A stretch of 64,000 bases of DNA from the NCBI GenBank assembly GCA_043228905.1, contig JBHGNT010000002.1:27404001-27468000 (forward strand), given 5' to 3'. A model generated the notes under the pieces. The model was not told the origin of the DNA. It did no database searches and was given only the letters and a program-made list of their open reading frames with translations. Position numbers and translations under genes: made by a program. How positions within the stretch are numbered: position 1 is the first letter of the stretch; each line of letters opens with the position of its first letter. Below, in pieces: positions 39,330-52,600 of the stretch. This DNA is from Azolla caroliniana. Taxonomy: Eukaryota > Plantae > Polypodiophyta.

Positions 39330-42300
39330 ATACACATGACACCATCCTCCTCCTTTGACGACGAGTACTTGGCTTATATGGATATTGGCAATGAAATTCA
39401 GCCACCAAGTCAGAGGCATTATCAAGGTTCTTAGTTGGCTCCCAAGTACGATCATTTGGTGTATATCCTAACCAATCCACGAGATATTATCTTGGAGTCC
39501 AAAATAGCTTTGACTTCAAATTCTGGGCCATCAACAAGTTGAACTGGAGGTGGGGGTAGAACAACCCGATTTGGAATGGAACTACCAATGTAGGGTTCCA
39601 ACAATGAGACATGAAATGCCGGATGTAGATGCATCTATGGAGGTACATCAAGGCGGAATGCAACATCATTAATCTGATTGGAGATAATAAATGGACCAAG
39701 TCGTTGATAATCCAGCTTGTCACAAGGTTTAGTAGTCTTCACATTACGTCGTATTAACCATACACGATCCCCAATTCGAAACTTCGGTTCCTTTGGTGAA
39801 GAGTCAAGACGGTGACGATCTGCGGTTTTTTTGTGTGTGGCTTGAGCAGTTTGCAAATGTTGAGAAAGTGCAACATGCACATCTTGGAGTTGACGCAGAC
39901 GATCTTCAACAACATGATTTTTCGAGATTTCTGGATGTTCCATCATTGTCCAACAAGGATGATATCCTATCTTTGCAAAAAACGGAATATACCATGTTGA
40001 GGAATGAACTAAATTATTGTATGCAAACTCTACAAAGTGCAAAAAATCCACCCAATCATCCTGTTGGTAATTGATGAAACACCGAAGATATTGCTCTAAT
40101 GTTTGACTCGTCTGCTCGGTTTGACCGTCACTTTGTGGATGATAGCTTGACGAAAGTTTATAGGAAATTTTGAGCATCTCAAGCAAGTGTTTCTAGAATT
40201 TTGAGATGAATTGTGGGCCACGATCACTAATGATGTCATTCGGAAGACCGTGAAGCCGAAATACTTCTTTCATAACGATGTCTACAGTTTCTTTACTGTT
40301 GATGGTTTTCGTGCATGGAAGAAAATGCGCCATCTTTGTGAATCAATCTACTATAGTGAGAATAGCATCAAAACTCTTCGAAATTGGAATATTTGTAATA
40401 AAAACCATCGAGATGGATTTCCATGGACCAATAGGAATTGGCAATGGTTGTAACAACCCATATGGTCGATGTCGTGGAATCTTTGACCGACAACACACAT
40501 CACAACTACGAACATAATCTTCAATAAACTCTCGAAGGTGAGGCCACCAATAGTTTCGAGAAACTAGCTCCAAAGTTTTGTGGATTCCAAAGTGCCCGGC
40601 CATTGGGTTGTCGTGACAATATTGCATTACTTGAAGTCGAGACGAACCATTTGGGACATACAAAAGAGTGTTGCGAAAAAGTAAACCATTATCCCATTTA
40701 AACTGGTTATAATCTTTACGAGGATTCATGGAGCTTGAAGAAGAAGCGCGATCTGAAATTATATGATTCAATACATCTTGAGAAAATTCATCAGAAATGA
40801 TAGTTGTTTGGATTGCATCAAGAAGATTTGAATCTTCAAATGCTTGAGAGACATTAATAGTTAATAGTCGTAACCGATTAGGCCCCAAGACGATTTGTTT
40901 TTGTTGATCAAATGTGGGCTCTCCTGGTTGTGGAGCCAAATAAGATCGTCGTGAGAGAGCATCTGCCTTTCCTTGTTGTACTCCTGGGTGATATGTGATG
41001 ACGAAGTCAAAACGCGTTAGAAACTGTGCCCAACGAGCTTGGCGACGACTCAAGACTCTAGCACTTTGAAAGTATGTGAGGTTTTTATGATCATTGTAAA
41101 CAATGATTTGGTGGGGAGAACCTTCTAAGAAATGTATCCAATGTTCAAATAAGTCTATAATGGCTAGAAGCTCTTTGTCATGAATCTCGTAATTGATCTC
41201 TGCAGCTTCGAATTTGCGTGAATGGAAAGCAATTGGATGTAGCTTCCCATCATCTCCTATCTGTGACAAGATACTTCCTAGTGCAAAATCAAACACATCC
41301 GTCTCGATGATAAACGGTTTTTCTAGGTCAGCATGAAGTAGAATTGGAGCAGAAGTGAATGCGCTCTTTAGGCTTTCAAAAGCTTTGGTTGCACTAGAAC
41401 TCCATGTGAATGACTTGTTCTTTCGTGTAAGCTCTATGAGAGGCATCACAATGTTTGAATAATTCTTGATAAATTTGCGGTAAAAATTCGCAAATCCTAA
41501 GAAACATTGAACATCACGCACTGAACGAGGTGGTTGCTAGTTTAGAATTGTCTGAACCTTAGACGGATCCATAGATATACCTTGTTGTGAAACCATATAC
41601 CCCAGAAACTCCACGTGGTTTTGATCAAAGCTACATTTCTCAACTTTGGCATAGAGCCCATATTCTCGTAATTGTTGGAAGACTTGGCGGACATGTATGG
41701 CATGCTCTTCTTGAGTTTTCGAGTAGATCAAGATGTCATCAAGATATACTATGGTGAATGAATCCAAAAAATCGCGGAAAATATCATTCGCCATGTGTTG
41801 AAAAACTGCGGGCGCATTCGTGAGAACAAAAGGCATAACTGTGTACTCGAAATGTCCGTATCGAGTACAAAATGTTGTCTTCCATTCATCTCCTGGACGT
41901 ATCCGAACAAGGTTATATGCACCTCGAAGATCTAGCTTCGTGAAAACTTTCGCTCCACTAAGACGCTCTAGTAAACTCGAAATCAAGGGTAGAACATATC
42001 TATTTCGAACTGTGATTTTGTTTAGACCTCGATAGTCCATGACCAGTCGTAGAGATCCATCTTTCTTCTTGACAAAGAAGATGGGTGCACCAACAGGGCT
42101 TTTAGAATGTCGAATGAATCCATTTTCTAAGTGCTCGTCTATATGCTCTCGAAGGGCCTTGAGTTCGGAAGGTGATAGATTATATATTGGGCCCCATGGT
42201 GGCTCTTTCCCAGGTTGTAGATCGATAGGAGAATCATAAGGCCGATGGTTTGGGAGAGAACTATCTTTAGCTTTGTTGAAGATGTCTTCAAAATCCAAGT

Positions 42301-42935
42301 ACTTGGTAGGGAGGGGAGTACTTGCCCCTTGTGAGCTAGAGGATGGGTTTGCTATTACTGCAAAGACAAACATTTCATTTGTTTGCCCGTCTTCTCGTAA
42401 TTTTTGTAGAGAGATGGGCGAGATTTGGTGAGGCTTTGAATCTTGGTTGGTAGTAACAAGGTAGTTGGATTCAGGTTTCTGTTGGAAATCATTGATTGTT
42501 CGATTTCTCCAGTCAATTTTAGGATTGTGGAGTTCAAACCAAGGATAACCGAATGCTCAAGGCTACTAATTGTATTGAAGGAAATCATACAAACAAAGCT
42601 ACCAAGAACTACTCGAATTGGCTCAAATTCTTCAACTATATTCCCGGATGAAATAGGGCGACCATCAATGACTACAACAGATGCATGGCAAGGGAGGTTT
42701 TTCAATATGATTTTCTCGGATAAAGCAAATACTTTGTCCATAAAACAAGAGTTGGCTCCTAAATCTAAGAGAGCAGAGGCAAGAACTCGACGACACCTAG
42801 AAGTGCTAAGCTCAACTTGTGCTAAAAAAACTTTGCTAATGTGATTCGATAAAATGGAACCACTACTTGGGATTGACTTTACATATTCAGGATTGTCCAA
42901 CCAAATGGCTCTGATTTTGGTTGGACTTAATCGTT
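39330..42935 (-). pseudogene. pol: pol of the chromovirus (PR-RT-RNaseH-INT-chromodomain), disrupted
   Basis: ORF fragments 42355-42900, 41537-42373, 40343-41521 and 39635-40186. The chromodomain FEVKAILDS...YLVDWLGY..NDRTWEP..NL is interrupted by a frameshift. Confidence 0.93.
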
Positions 42936-44094
42936 TAATATTTCATAAAGTTGACTCGAGACTTCAAAACTATTGGACTGCCCATGACATGTGGGACTAC
43001 TAGGGCTAGACGATCTAACTAGAGAATTAAAATGAAGATTCTCACTAATACTTACTTGATTTACTTGTCGTTTTGGCCTATGTGGGCATGTGATCGCGAT
43101 GTGTCCTGGACCACCACAATACAAACATAGACGGTTTGCTCGACGTCTTTGCTTCTCAACTTCAGATAAAGGCCCTCGACGACATGTTATATCGATCTCC
43201 ATTGGACTTGGACCACCTGATGGAATCATGTGTGAAGTTTGGGTAGTGCTCGTAGGTGTCGAGGCTACTACCGAAGCATATGTTCAATCTGTTCTTGGTC
43301 GTGACATTAATTGACGCTCCGAACGTCGCTCGAATAAGCAGTTGTCACATCGCACTGCACGACTTATCGCTTCTGTAAGTGATCTTGGATCTTCATGAAA
43401 AGTTAATAGCAAATCCTTTACATCATTTCTTAGTCCATAGCGAAATTGATCCATTAAGATTTCTTCATCCCACGGAATATCACAAGCTAGGAGGCGGAAA
43501 TCTGTGCCATAGGCAGAGGCAAGACGGTCCCCTTGACGAAGTCTTCAAATCTTGTTAATCGATGTTCTAACACAATCAGTGTCTCCAAAGTTTGCTGGAA
43601 ATTCCCTAATAAAACCTTCGAAGTCTTGGAGAAGAGGAGACTTCTTTTCTAGAAGTGGTGCAAACCACGCTAATGCAGTTCCTGTTAAGAGGGTCCTAAC
43701 TAGTCCAACTTGAGCTGCATCAGTCGGATACCTATTAGGGTGCATATGAATTACTAGACATACTTGGTTTAGAAACCCCTTGAAACTGTGATTGATTACC
43801 ATCGAACTTCCCAGGCAAACAAATCTTCGGTTCTTTGGGAGAGGTTTGTTGCATTGAAGCTTGTTGATGAAGAGACCGCAATGTTGTTTCGAGTTGCAAT
43901 ACACGTGTCGATAACTCATCATATTGTTGTGCCTTTTCTATGCTTACTTGTTGCAAATCTCCAAGCAATCGTTGATTCTCTTGTTCTAACGCCACAAACT
44001 TATTTGCGAGATGCTCTAGTTCAGAGACGACTCGAACATACTCTTGCTTGCTAACTGACTCCATGGAGAGGATAACGTTTGGCAAGATTTTCAA
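42927..44094 (-). pseudogene. gag: gag of the chromovirus (frameshifted)
   Basis: EPKICLPGKFDG, LLTGTALAWFAPLLE, PMEID and a CCHC knuckle, spread over three ORF fragments. Confidence 0.9.
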
Positions 44095-44208
44095 GGAGAA
44101 GGAAGGAAGGAGGAGAGAGTGAAAGAGACACAGAAAGAGAGGGAGAGGGAGAGAGAGAGAGAGAGAGCAAGGAAGAAAGAGAGAAGGTAGGAAAATTCTG
44201 GTTCATAC

Positions 44209-44665
44209 TATTAGGCCCAAAGTTAGGAACGAGTTTTAAAATGAAGAAGAGAATGAGAAGCGAAAGATATGAGAGAGATAAGAAGAATTTGATAATGTAT
44301 TAACAACGAGAGCAATGTTTACAAGAATATGCCGAAGACTAGCGTTGAACCATAACGGTTCATCAATAGTCAAATACATGTTTATATAGCATGGTTTGGA
44401 TACATGCATGCTCGCCACCTCATAGGCACGCATGATCGCCACTTGGCATTCATGCAAGCATGCCCCTTGGCAATCATGCGTTAGCCTATGCAAGGTGGCG
44501 ACATTTCAATAATATTATTATATGTATTTCTTATTGATATAATAGAATTTATTATTTAATATATACAATATGATGTATCCTAATGGATGGGGTTGTATGT
44601 CTTCTTTGAGGAGGTCATGGGTTTGAATCACCATAAAGCTTATTGGGTTTTGTATACACATGACA
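44209..44665 (-). repeat. 5' LTR (457 bp) with TATA box (minus-strand TATATAAA, 44388-44381)
   Basis: Direct repeat of 38725-39182; the inner terminus is mutated (TATTAG versus TGTCAG). Confidence 0.95.
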
Positions 44666-46606
44666 ACATGGTGACCAACCTCACATAAGTTCATTACATA
44701 TCATCGTTGCCTCGATTCCTCACTGGAGACATCAAACTTTTGGGAATACCATAAGGCCATGTGACAATTAGATTATCACCCTTTTAAACCATTCGTTATC
44801 TCTTCCCAAATGAGATATACCAAGTGTGACAAGTTAGATTATCAACCTCTTGGACCTTGGTCCCTTTTGGTTTAGATATCCCTTCACATATGTGTCTCAA
44901 CCTAGTGTTCCATGCTTCCATTAATATGATCATTATGCTTCCATCTCCACGTTGTACTATTATGAAGTTTTCACTCTTAAGACTGAAACACTAGAATCTT
45001 AACCATTTTTAAACAATGTTTTAGATTTCCAAGTACTTAGGTAATAAGAACCTCTTAGTTAGACAACACCCCAACTCCACTGAGCAACTCCATCGAACGA
45101 ATAACACTAGAGGAAAAATGTGATTAAGAATGGATATGGAAGCGTAGCATTCCAAAAGGTCTCAATCTAGTCTCTTTCATTAATAAAAATATCATATTCT
45201 ATGTCGTACATAAATGGCAATTTGTTTTTCCTTTTCCTTCTATAAATTATGTAGTAAACACAAAAACGAAGTATACCTCTGATTGAAAGATAATGGGGAA
45301 CTAGCTAACCATAGTTTGAAGGCTCACTTAACCATGCCAACCTATTCATGGGTAACATTTGTCTATGTGGTGAAGCAATCAATTATCACATATATAATTT
45401 GTAGCACAGAGAGTAGGTACACCCCATTCATGTTATGGTACCACTTTAGTTTGATGTGTCATGGATGCTTTGAGTGAAGGGAAACGCGTTACACATATGA
45501 CTTGGTACATACTGCCCACCCCTTTACTCTTCCACTCTGAATAAAATAGAAAATCGACACAGGAAAAATGTGTCCATCTTCCACTGAAAGTGTCTTTTTT
45601 GTTTATTTTTCCTATGCTAAAAATGGCAGCACCAAAGGTTGCTTCTCCTCTTTGTTCATTCATAATTTTTTGTTAGACGAGTTTTCTCCACACAGTGTAT
45701 TACACATAACATTCACATGTCACAATAATGGGTTAAAGTCTTCAACGGTGACAAAATTCAATAGACAGACCACCCAAGTTAAGAATTAAGTGGGATGAGA
45801 TTGCCAAGGCCCATACCTTAACAAAATGAAGTGTCGAATGCCTCCTGCATGTATCAAATGTTTGAGAATAGGCCCCAATCCCTTTTCGCAGTGGCAACTG
45901 TTTGATGGTTAATGCATAGTTGCAACGCTAAATCCGTTCTACTAGGGATAGGACAAAGTTTGTCACCAAATCTGAAGTAGGAACACACACACTATCGGTA
46001 GAGAATCTATCTGTCTATCTCTCTCTGTCTGACACACACACACACAAGACATGCCTCCTGTCCCCTAGACCCTCGTATTCGGAAGAAGCCTACGGGTTCA
46101 TTGTATTCGAACTGCCGTGGACATCATTAATCTATGTAATATGTATGTATGTATATATGTGTATATCTGTCTCTATATCTATCTCTATCTCTATCGAAAG
46201 ATTATATCTACATAATATGTATGTACATATCTATCTCTATATCTAGTTAATACCCCTTCCTCCCTCTTTCACTATAATCCCTTCTGCCTCCTCTGTTTCT
46301 GTCTGTCTGTCTCCCTCTCTCTCTACAACATGGCATGCATGCAAAAGGCGGTGGTTTAATCAGAGAAGCATGAGGACGCAGTCAAAGGCCCCCTTTTTCC
46401 CCCTTAATTGCCCCTTCCATTTCCCTCACCCCTTTTTCTCTCCACCATAGCCGACCTTCCTTCACCGTCTTGTCAAGGCTATAGATTAGATAGATCTCCC
46501 TAATCCTCCCTTCCCTCTTCTTACCTTCCTTATCATCTCCATCTTCTTTCTTGCAGATTCTTCCATTTGGATTGACGGGTTAGGGTTTGGATTTGGATTT
46601 TGGTCT

Positions 46607-47491
46607 ATGGCTCGAGAAGGCGTGAACCGAGATCATCAAGAATCTGAAGCTAGATGCCAACAATCTTCTACAGCAGAAGGTCCTGTGGTCTATGCAGATC
46701 TCAATGTCATTTGCACGCCCTCGGAGAAGAATAAGAGCATGAATGGGAAGATGATGAAGATGAAGAATGATTTCTCATCTTCTTCGGATGAAGAGAAGAG
46801 GGTGAAGAATCTGGGGAGTGATGATACCGCCGGTCTTCCATCATCTTTAATCTTTGGCTCCTCACAGGAGTTTCTTAGAAGATCAGAATGTTTGTCTACT
46901 TCCCTAGACATCTCGGCCTGCAGTTCACATGGCATCACAGTTCCATCCTTCGAGGTTAGCTTTTGTGGGAAGCCTTCATCTGATAACAACATGTTTGGGC
47001 CCCTGCCGCAAGAGCCAGATGTCAGGGCGGACATTCTGTGCTCTGAATGTTCAGAAACCTCAGGTACCACAGCTTCTAGTTCTGGTTTGAGTTATTATGA
47101 CGGGGATTCCTCATCCTTTGATGACATTGCCCATGTGCCACAAGCACATGATGCATGTAGCGCTCCGGATCCCTTCAATACAGTGTCTCAAGGGCATAGT
47201 CTTACAAATTCATCGTCCGAGTTGAAGGCTTCTTCTGATACTGGCTTTTTGCCACAAAAGCCTGATGTTCGATCGGGCATCCCCCCACAAAAGCCTGGCC
47301 CTGCTCGCTGCCTTTGTTGTCGAAAGAAGCTCGGCCTCCTCGGGTTCAAGTGCAGATGTGGTGATCTCTTTTGCGCTTTGCATCGCTACTCGGATAAGCA
47401 TAATTGTAGATTCGATTATAGAACGGCAGCCAAAGAAGCCATAGCTAAGGCAAATCCGGTGGTGAAAGCACCCAAGATTTGGAAACTTTGA
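46607..47491 (+). CDS. AN1 zinc-finger stress-associated protein (SAP family) lacking the A20 finger
   Basis: C-terminal [38 protein letters not shown]...[10 protein letters not shown] is a canonical AN1 finger. A 5'-UTR intron acceptor (TTGCAG, 46556) precedes the single coding exon. Confidence 0.93.
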   Translation: MAREGVNRDHQESEARCQQSSTAEGPVVYADLNVICTPSEKNKSMNGKMMKMKNDFSSSSDEEKRVKNLGSDDTAGLPSSLIFGSSQEFLRRSECLSTSLDISACSSHGITVPSFEVSFCGKPSSDNNMFGPLPQEPDVRADILCSECSETSGTTASSSGLSYYDGDSSSFDDIAHVPQAHDACSAPDPFNTVSQGHSLTNSSSELKASSDTGFLPQKPDVRSGIPPQKPGPARCLCCRKKLGLLGFKCRCGDLFCALHRYSDKHNCRFDYRTAAKEAIAKANPVVKAPKIWKL

Positions 47492-48716
47492 TGAATCTCA
47501 GCGTTTCTAGGAGGTGTGGAAAATTATAGTGGTGAAAGCAGCAGCTAAGGTTTTTTTTTTTTGATGGGGGAGGAGGAGAAGAAGTATCATTGAGGATCAT
47601 TGTAAGGTGTGTTTTATATGGCAAAATCAATTGGTGACAGCTCTAGAGATTCTGAGGTTGTTGGATGAGAATGGTCATGCTAGGGTGGGTTCATATTCTC
47701 GTAATTGGAACACAATAGGTTTCGAGAATGAACCAGGCTCGAGGAAGAACTGCTTGGGTACACAATCTAGAGAACAGGATAATGTTAAGAGAGTACTCAT
47801 CTACATGTTTTATATATGTAATAGATGCACAATCTAGAGATGGGGATAATGTTAAGAGTACTCAACTCTACATGTTTTATCTATGTAATAGACAAATCTT
47901 TTTGTCAAATGTTCAACTGTGGTGCTTCCAAATTTGTCTTGATATTTTGTATTCTTTAACAAATTATATGATGTTATATTTGAACTGATTCCTTAGGTCT
48001 GACATAATGGTTGATTAATACATGGTGATGCTTAATGTTTTAACATAGTTTGTGTGCTTTAGTTACATGGTAGATGTTTGTGTGTCACATAATTAATCAT
48101 GTTCAAATTGTGAATTTCAGATACAATTATTGGTGAATGGAGATTGTGCAGAGATTGTTGGCAATGGTATGGTATGGTCTTTTTAATATGTGGGTTGAGT
48201 ATGGGGAGCGTAAACCTAGAGCGTTTAACCTGGAGATCTATGCCAGTCTTCTTGTAGACAATATAAGCCAAGAGAAGACGGTTAATTTCATTTGATTGAG
48301 TGCCATCGTTTAACCGTCATCATTTGTTATGTTTGTTTGTTTGGATTTAGCAGGTATTAATTCCATGATTTTGTAATCATTCTTTCTTAAAATGATTCTT
48401 CTTTCCCTCTCATAAAAGCTATTTTGCATCTTTACTTGATGTTAACTTTTTTCTCGACTATTTTTGTCTTGACAAAAGCTGTTATTCTTGACAAGCTTAT
48501 GGTGGTCACAAAAGTTGTTATTCATTAAAATGCAAGATAACATGATGGATGATTGGCTTAGGGCATAGAAAGATCATTGGCAATAGTGGCAATCTACGTG
48601 GGAAAGGTTGGGACAATATATTTGAGAACTTAGATCGATTGTAAGAACTTCTTTGTATGTATGCCATTGCATTAGCAATTAGACTTGTATAACCATTGTT
48701 TGTGGTTCATGGAATC

Positions 48717-48802
48717 GATTCCATGACGACTCTATTCTGTTCAAGCTTGACATTCCTAGATTCCATGAAGACTCTATTCAGTTCAAGCTTGACATTCCTA
48801 GA
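48717..48802. repeat. 2 x 42-bp tandem duplication
   Basis: GATTCCATGA(C/A)GACTCTATTC(T/A)GTTCAAGCTTGACATTCCTA occurs twice. Confidence 0.85.
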
Positions 48803-51800
48803 GTAGGACATATCTCTAGAATTCATGAGTTTATTGCCACAGTAATAGCACCAGGAGCAATGATGTGCAAAGATATTAATGAATAAAAACTTCCATTTGA
48901 TATATATCACAATTAGGTTTGGTAAGGGAATTAGCAAGGGTGGGATGTGTAGAAAGGAGTGATTTTATAAATGATGAAAATTGGGTTGAACGTTGTCTAT
49001 AAGCTAAATGTAAGGAAGCAAATTGTAAAAGATTGGGGGAATGAACGGCAATATGAAGTAGATGTTACGTGCGTATTATTATACAATGTGATGCATTGCT
49101 TTTACTTATGGAATGGTGTATCACATAGTGTTGTATATGTAATTATCTTGTTCATTGTGCCAATTCAACTGATTGTTCAAACATAGATTCTTGGAATATT
49201 AGATTTGTCAATGTTGAAGTTTTTTACTTTATAGCGATACATCATTTTAGTGGAACACGGAACAAGAAAAGAGGACACCTCGATTTGCTCCTATTCAATA
49301 AAGGAAAAAGAATGCTACTAAAAACCATGGAAAAACTTGTCCACGTTTTTCTAAGAGAGATTGTATTCTTTTATTTGGCTTCTTCGTTGATAATTAAAAC
49401 CCACGGAGTAACCAAAGGTTCATGACTAGTCGTCAAGTCTAAAAGTTGTAGCTATTGAAACCAAACTTTTGCATGACTCCAACGATATAACCACAATACT
49501 AACAAAAGATTAATAAAAAACACTATATTAGGACCATCATTTAGCTAAATTAGGAGAACATATATATTATAAGCAAGACACCACCTCAAGTTATTCCAAG
49601 CAAAAAGTTTCCTAGTACTTGTACAAAGTTATTGTAAGCTATAAAAGGTTGGTTGGGCTTCATCCTAAGAATATTAGCTTTGCAATACAACTTCGAGCAA
49701 CCCAATGGAACTTAGAAAGAAGCCAACACAACTATAGAAAAATCCAATTACTTTCAATATTTTGTTATCATGCGATGTAGAGTAACTTACAAAACCACGA
49801 TTTTCAAAACAATGGGAAACCCTTGTAGAGAAACCTTTAGAAAGCAATGTATGGTACCGTACAAGAACAATTCTTCACACAAGGCATGAGAGAGATTAAT
49901 ACAGAGGAAGGTTAATCAACTGTAGAAAGCATTACATTGTGCACATTATGGAATCATTTTAAAACACTACATAACTATTCAAACATAAAGAAACAAATAT
50001 GACTTCCTATGTTTGCACAATCCAATGAGCATGAACATCATTACCTAATAACACTACCTAATGGTGTTTTGTTGAATGACACTATCCTACATGTGGGCCC
50101 AAAAAGCATAACAAAACTCCCATGGTGAAATATACACTTTGCATTAACAATAAATGTCCTCGAAAGTGAGGTTTGTGAATAAGGTTCCAAGAAAAGAACA
50201 AAAGATTCACCAGAGAGTTAATTGTGAACATTCAATCTAAAAAGTAGTGCCATTTTTGTGGGATTCACCTAGTTCAACTTATAGGAGGATTGTGGCAAGC
50301 CATACTTCCATGACGTACAATGTGACCTTACAAAAGAACGTCAAACCATGCATATTGTTGTCATAAGGAGCTAGTAAAGAAAGCAAGCAAACCAACCAAG
50401 AAGCATATAATGGTTGCACCTTTCCTTCACATAATTCTTTAAAACACATTGTCTATATCAACAAAATGCTAGACGCCATAGTGCAACCGCGAAGTTTGGC
50501 AATGCCCCTTCGGCTTGGGGGAGCTTTGCTCCTCGTTGATGAAGGAAGAAATCGACTTGTAGTATGTAGTGGAGCACTCTCAAACAATATGTAATAATAG
50601 GATTGAAACAATGCATATTTAGTCAGTGCTTCATCAACATTCTCATCCAATGGTTCCCAATAACAACATGCTTTCATTCATTGTATGAGTCAATTTTCAT
50701 TCATTTTCTTCACCTCCACCAATGCACACCCTATGATGCAAGGTTGTTTGATGACATTTTGGTTATAACTTATGTGTGTATACACAAACACGCACGTGGG
50801 TAAGAGTTCGTGAAGCACTAAAATGGACCCCAAGAAATCCTTTTGCACATGGAAACTAAGAGCAACTATCATACATGCCTGCCCCCTCCTACTTAGAGAC
50901 TCGAGTGTTTCGTGTGATCAAGATGAAGTCCAACGATTCAAGAACTTCGGGATTGTTGTTTCGTGCTATCAAGATGAGTGCACAATTCAAGAACTTCACA
51001 TTCTATATTGTTTGATTTAGTTTGGCTTTATATTCATCTAAGAGCTTTCTAGTACATAAACAACCAAAAGCACACATAGTGGTGTTCAACAATGGATAGG
51101 AATCAATTCTAACAAATGCAAATGCTTTGTACTTGGGCACATGTTTCGATTAGTATGTAATCTAGCTTGCATATTGCAAAGATAGCATTCGTAGGCATTA
51201 TGTTGATTCTCTCCACTTGTATAACTCCCTTATTAATTTCTCTCCTTTCTCTTACTATTTACTAGGGAACCTCTCCCATTAAGTGTTTCCTATGCATTAT
51301 AGATTTGTTCATTATTTCTCCTCCTCTTCTCGTTATCTCATTTATTAAATTGCCTCTCATTCTCATTCAAGTTGTACAAAACACTTGTTGTATGTACACT
51401 ATCTTATAATCGATGCCCCATTTTGAGTTAAATCTAAAATGAAGTTGTCCATGAACTTGTGTGTTGTCTCTATCACTTTCATTTCTCTCATTTGAAAACT
51501 CTTCTTACACGCAACTTTAGAAAGCCTTAAGTCACATATATGTGATTGGATGGATTTGCATCTTCTAAGAAAGTTTAAGTTATATTATATATTAGTGGAA
51601 GGTGGCACGAGGGAGTCACATGAGAGTGTGGGTGGGGCATGTGTGGGGTGGCCTAGCTTACAAGTGATGATCAAGTTGAAAACACAAGGTGGCTAGCGAG
51701 AGTGTGTATGTTGTACTTGTGCGTGTGTTATAAGTGTGTATATGTAAGGAGCCTATTTTGTTATGGGGATGCGAATTATATGAGGAAGACAATTTAGTTC

Positions 51801-52600
51801 AAGAATCAAGACAATTGGTTGGCCACTAATTGAACATTCACATTGATGCCTCACCCATTATGTCTAGTTCTTGTTAGTTGCTCGTATGGACAAGCATGTT
51901 TAATGAGTCCCTCATCTCTCCCACCGAAATGGGCCCTCTTCTTTGAATGTGTTGGGTTCATAACTAACCACACGAGAAAACATCATCCATGTAATGAGGC
52001 CATGTGAAACAGTAAGGAAGCAACGATCGCCGCCATATCATTGACCACGTGACCATTGACCAAATATAGTCTCCGCTGTCAGTAGCAAACAATCACAGGA
52101 ATATGTCATTGTCGAGCATAAAAACATGGTGAATACCATAGGGTTGTGCCACGACGAGTAAATGGATATCGGAAAATCTCATTAAAGCCAGAGGATTTGA
52201 GGAATTCAAATTGCGACACACATACATAGGATCATACATAAGAAGCAAGGAGAATTTTCGGTCGGGATCAGAGGAACTTTGGGCAACACTGATTACACAC
52301 ACACATGTTAGTGCTATTTCTTATTTTAGGGTTTCCCAAAGAGAGGAGATGGAAAAATAAAGAATGAAAATTCAGGACAAACTAATGATTAGAGTAAAGA
52401 AGTGAGGAAATATAACTAAAAACAAGCAATTTTTCTATGCAGTTTGAACGAACCCTTTCGTAGGAGGCGTCTGTCTGCAGGGAGAAAACACAGAGAGACA
52501 GAGACAGAGATCGATCGATCTGTGCGAGGAAAAGAGAAACAGGTTACAGAGACAGATAACACGGGACAGAAAGCAAAACGCCAAAGAAAGCAGGAAAGGG

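Larger units (their letters stand above)
38725..44665 (-). mobile_element. Full-length but inactivated Ty3/gypsy chromovirus (fungal-type, Tcn1-like), 5.94 kb
   Basis: LTRs at 44209-44665 (5') and 38725-39182 (3'); TSD GCATG/ACATG; PPT GGAGGGGGATGG next to the 3' LTR. Domain order: gag (CLYCGGPGHIAITC), PR (LLDLGA), RT (PWGPIYNLS, DYRGLNKIT, YLDD), RNase H, integrase and chromodomain. Several stops and frameshifts. Confidence 0.96.

Noticed and set aside
49800-51200. Very decayed retroelement integrase-like sequence (KACCYWEPL)
   Set aside because: One weak motif only; boundaries and identity cannot be supported.
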